Source of the DNA: Conidiobolus incongruus B7586
Lineage: Eukaryota
Direction: 5' to 3'
DNA: 64,000 nt
Assembly (NCBI GenBank): GCA_000697335.1
Contig: JNEM01009691.1
Coordinates: 1-64,000, forward strand
Shown: one piece after another, positions 21,892-34,425 of the stretch
Numbering within the stretch: position 1 is the first letter of the stretch
Layout of the letters: the number at the start of each line of letters is the position of its first letter
Position numbers and translations under genes: made by a program
The notes under the pieces: model-generated
The model's database searches: none
Seen by the model: the letters and a program-made list of their open reading frames with translations, nothing else
What the model was told of the DNA's origin: nothing

Positions 21892-22281
21892 ATGACTAAA
21901 ACAATCAAAACAATAGGATTTTATATGCACCATATTTATAACGATAAAAAGAAGCGATTAATAATCAATTTAGCAAAACGATATGAATTAAATGGGCTAT
22001 ATAAATTTGGGAAACCTGGAAGAGTTATCGTTCAGTCTGATAACTATGACCATTTAAAACAATATACTAAATTGATCAAATCTCAAACCTGGCAATATTG
22101 CACCGTTTCTGCTCAACTCGAGTTTAATTTGACAAATTTTAATCATAACAAAAATGAAGTTAATATTGTTAAAGAATTTGATGGGTTTAAAGCTTGCGAA
22201 ACTGATAATGAAATCAAATCTGAGCTAATTAAAGTTGGTTTACTGGAATTTTGGTTTGAATTGACAGGCTTCAAAAATTAA
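21892..22281 (+). CDS. Stand-alone DUF1115 (RWDD2 C-terminal) domain protein
   Basis: GFYMHHIYNDKKKRLIINLAKRYELNGLYKFGKPGRVIV...LIKSQTWQ matches the HHI...K...A..L.L.G....GKPG...W pattern of RWDD2/DUF1115. Confidence 0.75.
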   Translation: MTKTIKTIGFYMHHIYNDKKKRLIINLAKRYELNGLYKFGKPGRVIVQSDNYDHLKQYTKLIKSQTWQYCTVSAQLEFNLTNFNHNKNEVNIVKEFDGFKACETDNEIKSELIKVGLLEFWFELTGFKN

Positions 22282-23568
22282 TATCACATCCATGATATCA
22301 AATGTACATTATATTCATTCAAATAAATATATTATTAAATACTGTATTTAATATAATAATAGAAATATAATGCTTGGAATGGCTAGAGTACCTGAAATTA
22401 ATTAATCAGAGTGATCAAAAATTGTGTTATGAAGAGGGTGAATAGTGAATAATTTTTAAATGTATACCAATATTGTACAATATAGAAACTGTTTTCCTCA
22501 ATTAAGCAATATATAATATAACTCAAATATTACGTAAATGATGCACTTATAAGTATCTATCAACAGTTTTAAGGATTCAATTTAATATTTATCATTATAA
22601 ATTTTAATATATTTAAAATTTATCAAACTACTTTACAAGATAATAAATAAAATTAGATTTATATTATTCATTAGGTTGTATATATTATATAATATTATAA
22701 TCAATATGTGACTTTTCCAATAATCATACACTAGAGTTATACAATAGAAAATTTTAAAATTCGTTTATAATTAGTATAAAATTTATAATCATTTTTTGAT
22801 ATTGTAAATATGATTATCAAAGAGAATGAGTAAAAATAATTTTATTATATAATAATTTGTTAAAATTATTTTGAATAAGAAAGTAAATATATAATAAATT
22901 ATTCAAAACATCAAAAATGTCAATATTTTAAACTATAGATACATAATATTATTTACATGTATGGAAAATATATTATATCAATTTTTTGATTGTACATTAT
23001 CTATTCGATACATAGTATAATGTTTTTTAAAAATCACTGTTTAAACCTGAACTAAATATGATAGAAGCATATATTCATTAGAACCATTAGATATTTAATT
23101 ATGACGGGTGGTCAAACTCACTCATTGGAAGGAATCCCTTAAAAGGGTACATAATATTAGGCAAAGAGCTAAAAAAGTTAATCAAATATAAAAGAAAGAG
23201 TAAAGCTATAGTTAAGATAGTAGAGCACGGTGTTTATTCAAGAAAGTCAAGTGGTTTAAATATTTTGAATATAATAGAAAGTGGCTTATAATATGGAATT
23301 TCTAGAATATCACAAGCTCTTGGGGCTAAGGACTAAAGTATCTCTGACAATTGCATTGATTAAGAAAATGGTTTTATTGATAACTATAAATTAATAATGA
23401 ATATAGTATTGAACAGACTAAAGAATATACTTTTTTGATAATTTTTTTGGAATATAGATTAGATATAATCTAATATACAAAAATTTCCATTAATTTTAAT
23501 GTTGATTAATGAAGCTATTCACATGAAATAAAATATTTAATGCATTATATATATATATATATATTAAA

Positions 23569-24335
23569 TTATTTGAATCGATTCTTGATTACACCACTAG
23601 TCTTAGCTGCATTTCTAGCCTTTAATTCAGCTTCTTTAACTATATTAAAATATTAGCATATTGTTAATCGAATGTGAATAATATAAAAACATACTTTCAG
23701 CTTCGGCCTTCTTAGCAGCAGCGGCTTCTTCCCTCTTCTTACGAATAGCAGCAAGACGAGCGAGATCAGCTTTGGCTTGATCTGTCTTGCCTTCCATATG
23801 GAGTTTCCAATATCTTGCCTGAGCTTCTTTTTTCTCCTTAGCTTCTCTTTCCCTTCTTGAGAGTTCTCTAGGTGCAGCAGTGTCTAAGGTCGAAGCCTTA
23901 AAGTGGGATTTGACTTGTTGGCGGTTGGGATTCTCAATTTCAATACTTTTATCTTCTCCTTCAGAGTCAGAAACTTGTTCAGATTTCTTTTTAATGTCAA
24001 GGTTCTTCATTTGCTATTTAAATATAAATGGCATGTTCATAATGTATGAAATTTATGCGTAAATATAGTATATTACTTGAACTGGAATTTCGTCTGAATC
24101 GGAATCTGATCCCAAACCTGAGCCACTATCGGAATCTTGCGTTTTTCCACGATTTTGCTCCTCTAAAGTATTCTAGAATAAAATTTTGATGATGTGAATA
24201 AGATTAATTATTCAAAATGAGGGAGGATATTACCCAACCCCACATATCATCGTCGTGATTTCTGCGGTCATATTGATTCTTTCCTCTACTACCAGCACTT
24301 GCCCCCCCGCGTTTATTCAATTTACCGCGAGCCAT
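23569..24335 (-). CDS. PDAP1: 28-kDa heat- and acid-stable phosphoprotein (PP28/PDAP1 family), multi-exon
   Basis: Start [11 protein letters not shown] at 24335; conserved IEIENPN and [49 protein letters not shown]. Confidence 0.88.
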
Positions 24336-24613
24336 AATTATTTATTGATCAATTATAATTATTCCAATTAGTATTCATGAACTGTGGATAAAGTTTTAAT
24401 ATTAATTTTTATGATGAGATATTATGGGAACTGTAACAAAGGAAAACGTGCTGAATATCAAACTTGAATTTTGACCTGAATAATTTTTGGATTGATTTAA
24501 TTTGAAAATTAATATTTAAAAAGGTGAATATATTTACATGATATGGATTTATTGAATTTAAGCAAGTATAATGATTTACCTTCTATTTTCAGGCCATTCA
24601 CTCTACTAATTCC

Positions 24614-26359
24614 TCAGCGATATCGATTAAATTTGACCGTACCATCATTCACTACTATTCGATCCTTTAAGGCATTGTTATCCCAACTCATTGTACTCAT
24701 GTCTCCAAAAACACCAACTCGATTGCGCTTAGGGAACCAGTTAGGATGGGTAATTATTAGAATCAGAGCAATAAGCAAGCTCACCCAAAGAGCAATGGTG
24801 AAAGCCAATCTGAATCGTCCTTTCCACCTTATATGAATAGGATTCGGAGTGCGACTCGTTTGTAAAGGAAGAAGGCAAATTGCAAGATAAGCAAAGAACC
24901 ATAGAGGGTAGAATAGAAAACCTATTCCAAAGATAATTACATACATCTGTTCCGTTCTCTGATCTCCTTTCATCCAGTGCCTCCAATGGTACCATTTAGT
25001 TGTCTTGGATAGCTGTGAATCTATTATTATTTCTTTTTGATCAGCCATGAGACCAAGATCATGCTGACCAAACATCGCTTTGTCTTTTGTAAGAGTAGTT
25101 GGCTCAAGACAATCTCCAATTTGAATTCTAGACAAAAGAGAGAACTTTGCAGGTTTTAAATCCCTGAGAAAATCAGCAAAGGACCCAACTTTTTCTTTAA
25201 AAACATTTGATTTTTTCAAATCGTCATCATGTTGTTCCAAGCGAAATACATTAAGATGCTCAATGGATCCAATATTCGATTTGATTTTCAAATCATTGCC
25301 TATATCCAATCCTACGGAACTCGTGCGTTTCCGGTATAGCTCACTCAGTGATGTCTTCGGGAGTTTCCCTTGGAACCATTCTATTACTTTATGTGCCGTT
25401 GGCTGAGATGCCAAATCTGGCTGCGAATCAGCTTTTAAATGCTCTTTCTCAGTGATATGTGGTTGATGAATTTCTGATTTGGCCATAAGGAGCTGCAATA
25501 TGTTTATTTCGCTCACACTATAAAACTTTCTACCAAAAGATGATCTGGCTGAACGGGGTGGAGGTTGAATGATAGAGCTTGAAGACAGATGATCATGAGT
25601 TGACACATCTGTTTCAGTTGGTGATGGGATGAAATTTTCATCTACTGGATTTAAAACATCCCCGTTGAATGTAGGTAAAGCAGATACATTGATTGTTGAT
25701 TTGTTGTTATGATTGATGCTGTAAGGCTTTGATGGTACATCCAGCTTCTTAGAAGTTACATTCTTTAATTGGTCCGCTGCTGTTCGCAGCATTTCACTGA
25801 GGTTTAGGCTCATACTCGAGGACGATGCACGAACATTGCTTTGATTTAAACTACTGTGAGATGCGAGTACAGAATTTTTAGGGCTGTCCCTCTTAAATAT
25901 TCTGTTTGAACTTAGGTTGAAAGAAGCAGTGGAATAAATTTTAGACCATGGCATTTGAATGACGTTGTTGATTGCTGTTTCTTCTTCGTCACTGGAGTAC
26001 TCATCCGTATCTTCATCTTCATAATGCTTGCTACCACTATACTGTTCCCAGCCTCCATTCTGGCAATTTTGGAAATTAATTGGAATCAACCGATTGTTAA
26101 ATTGACTATTGCTGTCATAAGTTTTAGAATGATTCAAATGAATCATCTTGGAAATCGAACAACTGCTGGTATCCAAGCTGGTCGCAATGCCGGATGTACT
26201 CCGAACATCTGAGACATTAACTGATGAACTGGAGGGAGGGAGAGATGCAGGCTCATCCTCAGGACTGAAGGTAATGCACTCTCTTAGGGGGCTATTTTTG
26301 AACACAGTGGGATCATATTTTCCACTTGGATTCCTTAATCGAGAACTACGAAATGACAT
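24614..26359 (-). CDS. Hypothetical protein with a long disordered N-terminus and 2 C-terminal transmembrane segments
   Basis: Intronless ORF of about 580 aa (first ATG 26359). Hydrophobic segments MYVIIFGIGFLFYPLWFFAYLAICLL and LAFTIALWVSLLIALILII. Confidence 0.75.
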   Translation of the reverse strand: MSFRSSRLRNPSGKYDPTVFKNSPLRECITFSPEDEPASLPPSSSSVNVSDVRSTSGIATSLDTSSCSISKMIHLNHSKTYDSNSQFNNRLIPINFQNCQNGGWEQYSGSKHYEDEDTDEYSSDEEETAINNVIQMPWSKIYSTASFNLSSNRIFKRDSPKNSVLASHSSLNQSNVRASSSSMSLNLSEMLRTAADQLKNVTSKKLDVPSKPYSINHNNKSTINVSALPTFNGDVLNPVDENFIPSPTETDVSTHDHLSSSSIIQPPPRSARSSFGRKFYSVSEINILQLLMAKSEIHQPHITEKEHLKADSQPDLASQPTAHKVIEWFQGKLPKTSLSELYRKRTSSVGLDIGNDLKIKSNIGSIEHLNVFRLEQHDDDLKKSNVFKEKVGSFADFLRDLKPAKFSLLSRIQIGDCLEPTTLTKDKAMFGQHDLGLMADQKEIIIDSQLSKTTKWYHWRHWMKGDQRTEQMYVIIFGIGFLFYPLWFFAYLAICLLPLQTSRTPNPIHIRWKGRFRLAFTIALWVSLLIALILIITHPNWFPKRNRVGVFGDMSTMSWDNNALKDRIVVNDGTVKFNRYR

Positions 26360-26973
26360 GAGATATGATGAGAATGACAACTATGAAATGCTCTTCAATA
26401 ATTTAAATGAATAAAAAATACACAAGAAACCAATATTTAATACATGCAATTCAAATCAGAAAAAATTAAAAAAGTTCAAATTACGTCGGAATATTAATGA
26501 TATTATACCAAGTCTCTTACACTTAAACGCCATAAAACTAAGAATCTTAATTAGAGATGTGGATTTAGTAGGTAAAATTTGTTTAGTTTGAAACGTATCA
26601 AATTTATCAAAATTGATTAATTTAAATCTTATTAGATCATTCAATATATAAATATTCATTTACCATAAAATATTGATTATTTTATGTAATGTAATGTAAT
26701 AGATATATTAAAATGTTATTAATTATTAATTTCAATTTCATTATTACAATCAAAATAAATCAAATTGAATCTAAACATTTCGATTGAATATAAAATTCAT
26801 TTTGAAAATATTTAATTTATGTTTTTTTAATGATGCTAAATATAAAATACAAGTAGAATAAGCTAATTTAAAGCTATTCGTATTACTTTAAATGAAAAAG
26901 TGTATTGATTACACCTTACTAAACCTTGATACAATTTACTATACTCCCATACATCTTTAAATTGAGTGTAAAA

Positions 26974-26974
<1 letters not shown>

Positions 26975-27010
<36 letters not shown>
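26975..27010. repeat. (TA)18 microsatellite
   Basis: Direct reading. Confidence 0.95.
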
Positions 27011-27011
<1 letters not shown>

Positions 27012-28103
27012 TCAAAGATAGGTTGATTGAAAATCAACTAGATTCATGCCATCTACTTTTTAGATATTATTTATGGTTCAAGATCCATAGAATGATGCCT
27101 AACCCAGGCAGGCTATAGTAATCCTTAGTGATTCATCTATACTGTTTGTTGCTAGTGAGAATTGATTCCAATATACTTGAATTCAATTCTTTATAACAAT
27201 GAATATGTTGCTATATTTGAGTAAAATAATCTATAAACTATATCAAAATTAAAAATATTTGATTATATTTTATGTAATTAATTGATAGATATTAATGAAT
27301 TATACAATAAATTTAGTAATACACATTGAAATGTATTTATAACTTACAGCTCAATTTAAATTTTCATATTATTTGAATCTTAATTAACCAAATCATAAAA
27401 TATAAATTATTAAACAAACTATCAAATGACAAAATATATATCATAATTCGAATGTATAAATATATCAATAGTATCATACATCATTTTCAACAACTCTAGT
27501 GGGTAATATTAATTAAATCGACTAAACTAAGTTGGGAAATGACTCCAATATTATTTCAAAAATTTATTATATTTACGATATTCAATATAAAATATACATG
27601 ATATAAATATAACTATTTAAAAAATAGATTTTAACCTACTGGTGTAAATGAGGATCTATATTTAATCCTTAATATTTGGTCATTTTTACATAGATCTTGG
27701 TTATAGTCCGACAGTAGATACCTGGTTTTTATTGTAATAATATATTGGAAAATATATATCTTTTGAGATAATATATTGAATTTTATTTACACATACCTAT
27801 TATTAAAATTTTTCAAGCATATACTTTGTCTTGAAGGTTGAGCTTAAGTTTAAGATATAGGTATATAATTTATCAAAATAATTTATTAACATAGGCTTTT
27901 ATATAATACCAAAAGGATTCAAAACATTTAGAATGTTCAAATTTGAAATATAATAACATAATAATTTTCAATATTGATGATTGCTATTTGAATAATTTCA
28001 ATCCCATATAATTTGAAATATAATTCAATTTGAATTAAACTAATGCAATTGTGACTAATAACAATATAAAATTATATCAAATGAAAATATTTATTCATTT
28101 ACT

Positions 28104-29717
28104 ATGAATCCATATAACTATAATAATCATTTACAGAATATCACAAATTTAAATAATATTAATATTAGTAACAACAATAACTCTAACCTTAGCTCACTAG
28201 CAAATCATCCCATACAATATGCTCAGCAAGCTGCTCCAATTCCTGGCTTGATACCCCAAACCGATCCTTCCATGTTCAATCCAAATGCCCTCCAAAGGAA
28301 TCTATTGCCTAAGCCACTCCACAATGCGATGCCGGTGCCCAATCTTCAAATGCCTCAACTAGTTCCCAGACCTCAATTTCCCAATTTCAATATTCCTAAG
28401 CCCTCTCAATTACCTAATTATCTTCAGCCAGCTAAACCAACTGTAGCTACCCAAGCCATGCCAGCAACACCTACTAATGCAAATACATTTCTCCAACCCA
28501 AAATTCCCCATCCTACATCTGCAATAGATCAACATAATATGGAAGCAGCGTCTCCAATAAGCTTATCAAACATAGACGAAAAGGATATCATTAAAATAGA
28601 AGATAATGCTAAATTGAAAGACACTTTAGAAAAAATTAAATCCAAAGACAACGAATACAAACTCCAATTGAAAAAGCAGAGTGAAAAGAACCTACATTTA
28701 AAAACACAGCTACAACACACGGCCTCAAAAAACCGCAGCACGCAGATACATCCTGCACCTATTTTATGGACTTCTCCTCATTCACGCATACCATCCTACC
28801 TTCGGTTCAAGTTAGATCAGCCTCGTAAAATCAACAAGCAACTTGCGGGTCTGAAGCTTGGATTGTGTCCTATTCGCCTAGAATTGGAATTAAACCAACA
28901 TAAGCTAAGAGATGTGCTACTATGGAACGTGTATGAGCCAATAATCACGGTAGAAGCTTTTGCTGAAGTTTTATGCCAGGACACACTTCTACCTCCTCAG
29001 TTCGTGCCTCTTGTAACAACTTCGATGAACGAGCAAATTGAAGATTATGCCAAATACGGCGAAGAAACTTTACTCCATTTGAAAAAACTTTCTGAGCAGG
29101 GCTTGATATTACCTGAGCTTATTATTGATATTCAAATTGATATTACCATCGGCAATGTGAATCTTGAGGATAGATTCTCATGGGACATTCTATCCCCCCA
29201 CAGTGACCCAGAGCTCATGGCTCATCTCACATGCCAGGACCTTGGTCTTGGGGGTGAGTTCATTACTTGTTATGCCCATAGTATTCGCGAGCAATGCTTT
29301 ACATATCTAAAATCACTTAAGCTGATTGATCACGATTTTACATCACCATACATTCATGAACAAGACCTACAAAAATGCTTCTTGCCACCTCCAACAAAGA
29401 GCATTCGATCTGTACATGAGGTTGGGACATATACTCCCATGCTCACAGAGTTGTCTTCCTTTGAATTGGATCGTATGGAGAAAGATCGCGAGAGAGAGTA
29501 TCGCCGTAAAAGACGTCAGACACGTTCTAGAAGAGGAATTGCACTGCCCGAGAGAGAACCTCAGAAAACCGCTCCCACCCGTCACCCACCGCTTCCCCTA
29601 CCCATTCCGTTTCCCAACTCTGATCCCAGTGCACTCAGCCGTGCACTTTCGCCCAAGTCGCAACAGAAAGCAGCTGACCGCTCTAGAAATTTTAAGAAGA
29701 AAACACACTTTGATTGA
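28104..29717 (+). CDS. SNF5: SWI/SNF complex subunit Snf5 (SNF5/SMARCB1 family)
   Basis: N/Q/P-rich N-terminus; repeat 1 LCPIRLELE...LRDVLLWNVYEPIITVEAFAEVLCQD; repeat 2 LEDRFSWDI...DPELMAHLTCQDLGLGGEFITCYAHSIREQ; DREREYRRKRRQTR. Confidence 0.88.
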   Translation: MNPYNYNNHLQNITNLNNINISNNNNSNLSSLANHPIQYAQQAAPIPGLIPQTDPSMFNPNALQRNLLPKPLHNAMPVPNLQMPQLVPRPQFPNFNIPKPSQLPNYLQPAKPTVATQAMPATPTNANTFLQPKIPHPTSAIDQHNMEAASPISLSNIDEKDIIKIEDNAKLKDTLEKIKSKDNEYKLQLKKQSEKNLHLKTQLQHTASKNRSTQIHPAPILWTSPHSRIPSYLRFKLDQPRKINKQLAGLKLGLCPIRLELELNQHKLRDVLLWNVYEPIITVEAFAEVLCQDTLLPPQFVPLVTTSMNEQIEDYAKYGEETLLHLKKLSEQGLILPELIIDIQIDITIGNVNLEDRFSWDILSPHSDPELMAHLTCQDLGLGGEFITCYAHSIREQCFTYLKSLKLIDHDFTSPYIHEQDLQKCFLPPPTKSIRSVHEVGTYTPMLTELSSFELDRMEKDREREYRRKRRQTRSRRGIALPEREPQKTAPTRHPPLPLPIPFPNSDPSALSRALSPKSQQKAADRSRNFKKKTHFD

Positions 29718-32700
29718 TTGGATTTTATTAGTTTTTGGCCATTTATTAATGAACATAGCTTTTAATTTGAAAGCTTATCAAGTAATTAATTTTTTATCAC
29801 ATATGCTATATTTATTGTTTAGCTCAGCTAGAATCAGATTCAATTACTAGTCTATTTCAATTTTACTAAACAAATTTTACTACATTTTCTTAATTTAATT
29901 TAAAGATTTTAAAATATAAAATATAAAATATAAAACATCATCAAATAATGATATTTTACATTTTTATTTAATTATATAAATAAACAAATAACTTTGTATA
30001 TACATGATGCTCACGAAAATAGTCTATTTGTTACTTGAAGTCATATCAAATTGTAATTATCTAATTTGGTAAGAAAATACATTTAATATATATGATAATA
30101 ACTCGAATTTCATAAAATTATATATTTATTCTTATAAATTTCAAAAATATTCAAATTTATGAATTATCACTATAATTGACATTACCAAATATTTTAATAA
30201 ACAAATTATAGAACAAGAAAATGGTCAAATTTGATATGATCTTAATTATCGAATCCTTTAGTAAATAATACATCTTGATATTTTATATATTTTGATTTCT
30301 ATATAATGATTCCTATATATCAATTGAAGATTAACACTTTCATTCCAATTAATGAATGATATATTATCAATTAAATCATATTAACTTAGTCTATATCTAA
30401 TATTGGGTCAAGATCAAATGAAATTATTATGATACAAAATTGAATTTATTATTGACTTTAATATAATCTAACTTATTCAGATAATGAATGTTATATTTTA
30501 TCAGAAATTATAAAGAACAATTTCCCTATTTTGAATTTGTTTCAACAATTTAATTCTTTATTAAGTTATAAATATTTAGATAAGATCGATTAATTTATCT
30601 GATATGTTAATTAATAAATATTAATTAAATTATGAAAATTATTCAAATTGAATATTGAGCAATTTATTATAGATATTAATCCCTTAACTAAAGGATAATC
30701 TTGATTTTTTAATATAATTAATCAATATATAAAAAATTTAATAAAATATATGATTATTTGTATAATGTTAAAAACAGTTACAATATTCAATATATTCCTA
30801 ATCAGTTGTTCCGGTTTCACAAGGTCATATCAACATCTGAAATCATATTCATATCATCACTTATCTGTTATTTTAATGTCTTAAAAATCAATTAAACTCA
30901 GAAAATATCACACAATTAACCTCAATTTTAAATCTAATAAATTCAGATTGATCGAGATTGATATATCTCTAAATTTAATTCTTTATAAAATAAGTATTGT
31001 TTATCTTTAATTAATCTTTGATATACCTTGATTTAAAAGCATATTCTTGGTAATAAATTTTTCTTTGATTTATTAGATAATTCGAAGACATCTTAATTCT
31101 AATGATGTATTACCTTTATGATTTTATGAATGTAGCTTATTTCAATGTTTAATTCGATTGTTTTATTTCCTTTTGAAATTTTCATATTATTTCAGTGAAT
31201 ATAAATGTTAAATTATAATTCACAATATTACCAATAATTGAGTTATGAACCAAGTGAATATATATTTTAGCGAGATAGTATTTAATATGCATTACAATTA
31301 GAACAATTTTAGAATTTATTAGAGAAATTTAATATAATTATACAGTCATTTATATTAATAAAAAATCTTTTTTATCAGAAATCATACTTATCAATATAAT
31401 CTCATATATAATTTTATACTAATTATTATGAATCATATTAAATAAAATTAATTAAAACAAGTTCAAAAGAAAAATCAATCATCATTTAATAAATGCTAAT
31501 TATTAAAATATTTATAATTAGCGAGATTATTATGAGTCAGTATATATTTTATTAATATATAATATATTTTAATTTTCTTCTAATTATCTTATGAATAAAT
31601 TAATTTTTTTTAATTCGATTTATCAAAAAATATAAATGCACTTGAAATTTTAATTAGGATTTTCAGAATACAAATTGGTGTAACTTGGTATTACGAATCT
31701 AATATTTTCAAATTATCACGAGATATTTAAATATTATCAATTTAGTATTTTCTTATTGATATAATATTCTTATAAATCATAGTTTAATTCCATAATCTGT
31801 TATAAACATGATAATTTTTCATCTAAAATTAATTTATATTTAGAATCATTCTAATTATTTCATACTTACTCCGTAATAAATTAATTGGTTAATTCATTAA
31901 CTTCAAAATATGATGAATTTGTAATCTTCTGAACGGTTCATAAATTGAAATTATGTTCAATTAATCATTAGCTTTAGAAATAATATTTATTAAAATAAAT
32001 TTATATTGTTATTGATTTAATTAAATACAACACAGTCATAAATTAAAGGGCAAATATTATTCACAATTTTATTCAAAACTCTCGGTTGAATATGGATTAA
32101 ATCATATTCCCATGTAATAATTCACTATTCGTCTTTCAATAACTTCCCGATATTTTCAATTTTAAAAACAATTTTGAGGATTTTAAAATATAATAGTTAA
32201 AGTATATAAATGATTTTATTAGAAAGGAAATGATATCATCACAATAATGTAAGACTCATTATTAAAATAATTTCGATATTTTCTCATTTAAATAACTATT
32301 TTGGTGAGTATATTTCTATGATTGGATAATTTATTTTTAATATATAATATATAATATTACTGGATTGGGAAATAAAATATAATTAAATAATTACTTAAAT
32401 GATTAACATCTCGCTCTATTACATCTCAACCAAAATAAATCTATAATACCGATAAATGGCCGTTTACATTAAAAAAAGTTTAAAATTTAATAATCTGTGT
32501 ATTAATCTATATTAAGAATGGATGGCTTTGTTTGAATTTCTACAATTACACCAATTTATTCATCAATATTCTATCAAGAATATGCTAAGTATCGAAAAAC
32601 TGGAAAGAGTTAAAAATAGTCAAAGAAAGTAATTTTGATTATATCTAAGAGTGAATAAATGTTTGAATAGTGAAATTTAATCTTATAGCTACCAATAATC

Positions 32701-32795
32701 AAAATCATTTATTCAGAAACAAAAAGGAAGATAATGTATATATATTATTAATTAATATTCATAATATATAATAAACGCTACTAAAGGGTGTGTAT

Positions 32796-33173
32796 TTAGA
32801 AAAATTTAAGATAAATAATTAATAGAATAATAGCTATTAAAACAATAATAATGGCATACTTAATAAACTTATTGGTTAGCATTCTTCTAGTCATCTCTTT
32901 TAGAGTACTTTGAGCATTATGAACATTTGAATCTGCTTCTCTTAATGTGTTCCTAGTGTTTAATATTTGCTCTCTTTGAGTTCTTAAATCGGTCAGAATG
33001 CCAGCTCCCAATTGCTCGGTCTCTAATGCCAATCGATGACTATTTTGAAGTCTCTGACTGCTCGTATTCAGGGTCTCAGTTCCGCTTAACAAGCGAGTCC
33101 TTTGATCGGTTTCAGCGTCGTCAAAATCGATAATAGTTCTACCAGCTAGCAATTCATCTCTGTTTGTGCTCAT
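32796..33173 (-). CDS. VTI1: Vti1-type Qb-SNARE (SNARE motif plus TM only; no Habc domain seen)
   Basis: DQRTRLLSGTETLNTSSQRLQNSHRLALETEQLGAGILTDLRTQREQI...MTRRMLTNKF followed by a C-terminal TM helix. Confidence 0.85.
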   Translation of the reverse strand: MSTNRDELLAGRTIIDFDDAETDQRTRLLSGTETLNTSSQRLQNSHRLALETEQLGAGILTDLRTQREQILNTRNTLREADSNVHNAQSTLKEMTRRMLTNKFIKYAIIIVLIAIILLIIYLKFF

Positions 33174-33259
33174 TGTACTTAATAAATGCAGATTATTTTT
33201 ATTTAGAGAAATTGTGAATGAGTGCAGTCTCCCCCTATTGATTTAATTTCATTTTTAAT

Positions 33260-33268
33260 TTATGGGAT
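33260..33268 (-). promoter_or_regulatory. ATCCCATAA upstream element (VTI1)
   Basis: Exact 9-mer 87 bp upstream of ATG 33173. Confidence 0.6.
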
Positions 33269-33900
33269 TTCATCAGTTGAAATCATTTGGTTGCATTTGA
33301 ATCAATAATAGTGATACTGATAGTATTAAAATATATGGGGAGAGGTAATACAATTCCCATCCTTTGTATTGTACTCGGGAATTCTTCAATCAAAACAAAC
33401 TATTCATTGGCCCATGTTCAAAACAGCGACGATATTTGATGATAGCTGCAAATTAGCCTTGAATTGTCAAGTTAATTAGCGAATGTTCATTGCATTAAAA
33501 ATGAATTAAACACAGTTGAGCTGTATCATTGGTCTTTTCCAGGTTTTAACTATACTAATTTGATCAGCTTAATAATGCGTATTATGGCAAGTAATGGTAA
33601 GAAGAAATAGGAGGAAATCGGATGATTTCATTCCATTACTTGTGAACAAGTGAGTGATCGGGTGGTTCTGAATGGAAAGAGTTGACCTATTATGGAGTCA
33701 AGTGAACAGTGTTACTGGATGGATAATTAATTAGAAATTACGTTTTTCATTCGTGTCTGATCAATTAAAAATTTTTGAGTATAAATTAAATCATTGTCAT
33801 TGAATTTGGCCTTGGATTGAATTTTTCTCTGATTTATTGAATTCGGCTAAAAGTGATTTTGGACCCTAGCCACTTTAATTCTTATATTTATTCTTCAATT

Positions 33901-34425
33901 ATGAAAGTTGCTAAATCTTCAGATCATCACGAAAGACACTTACCAATGAGCAATTTGACTAATTATCAAAAACGCAGAATATGTTCTTACAAGCTCGAGC
34001 ATCCTGACCTATCCCAGAAAAAGATAGCCAAGTGGGCCCAACAAGAGTTCTTCCTCGCTCATCCACCCTCACAATCATCCATCTCTCGTGCATTGAAGCT
34101 AAGGCCACTTCTCGAGAGAAGCTCTAGCTCAGAATCTCCTAGAAAGCCCAAGGTAATGACTTATACCGACCTGGATATGTCCCTAGCCAACTGGGTAAAA
34201 CGCTCTCAAAGTTATGGATACCACATGGATGAGGAAAGGATCATGGACAAGGCCCACGATTTCGCTGATGCTATGGAGCTATTCCCTCCCAACATCCCTA
34301 GCTTTGACTATGCTTGGGTGAGTTCGTTTATTCAGAGACACGAGATCACCTTGACTTCCACTCCGGAATTTTCTAGAGATCACTCAACTTCTTCCGACTC
34401 GCATAGCTCTCCTCGATCCTTTTGA
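33901..34425 (+). CDS. CENP-B/pogo(Tc5)-type double-HTH DNA-binding protein without DDE domain
   Basis: LTNYQKRRICSYKLEHPDLSQKKIAKWAQQEF....PSQSSISRAL (CENP-B N-terminal HTH) and LDMSLANWV...IMDKAHDFA...FDYAWVSSFIQRH (HTH_Tnp_Tc5-like). First ATG at 33901. Confidence 0.8.
   Translation: MKVAKSSDHHERHLPMSNLTNYQKRRICSYKLEHPDLSQKKIAKWAQQEFFLAHPPSQSSISRALKLRPLLERSSSSESPRKPKVMTYTDLDMSLANWVKRSQSYGYHMDEERIMDKAHDFADAMELFPPNIPSFDYAWVSSFIQRHEITLTSTPEFSRDHSTSSDSHSSPRSF

Noticed and set aside
27097..27107. CCTAACCCAGG matching the reverse complement near 39652 and resembling a telomere unit
   Set aside because: Only about 11 bp, flanks do not align, and there is no tandem array.
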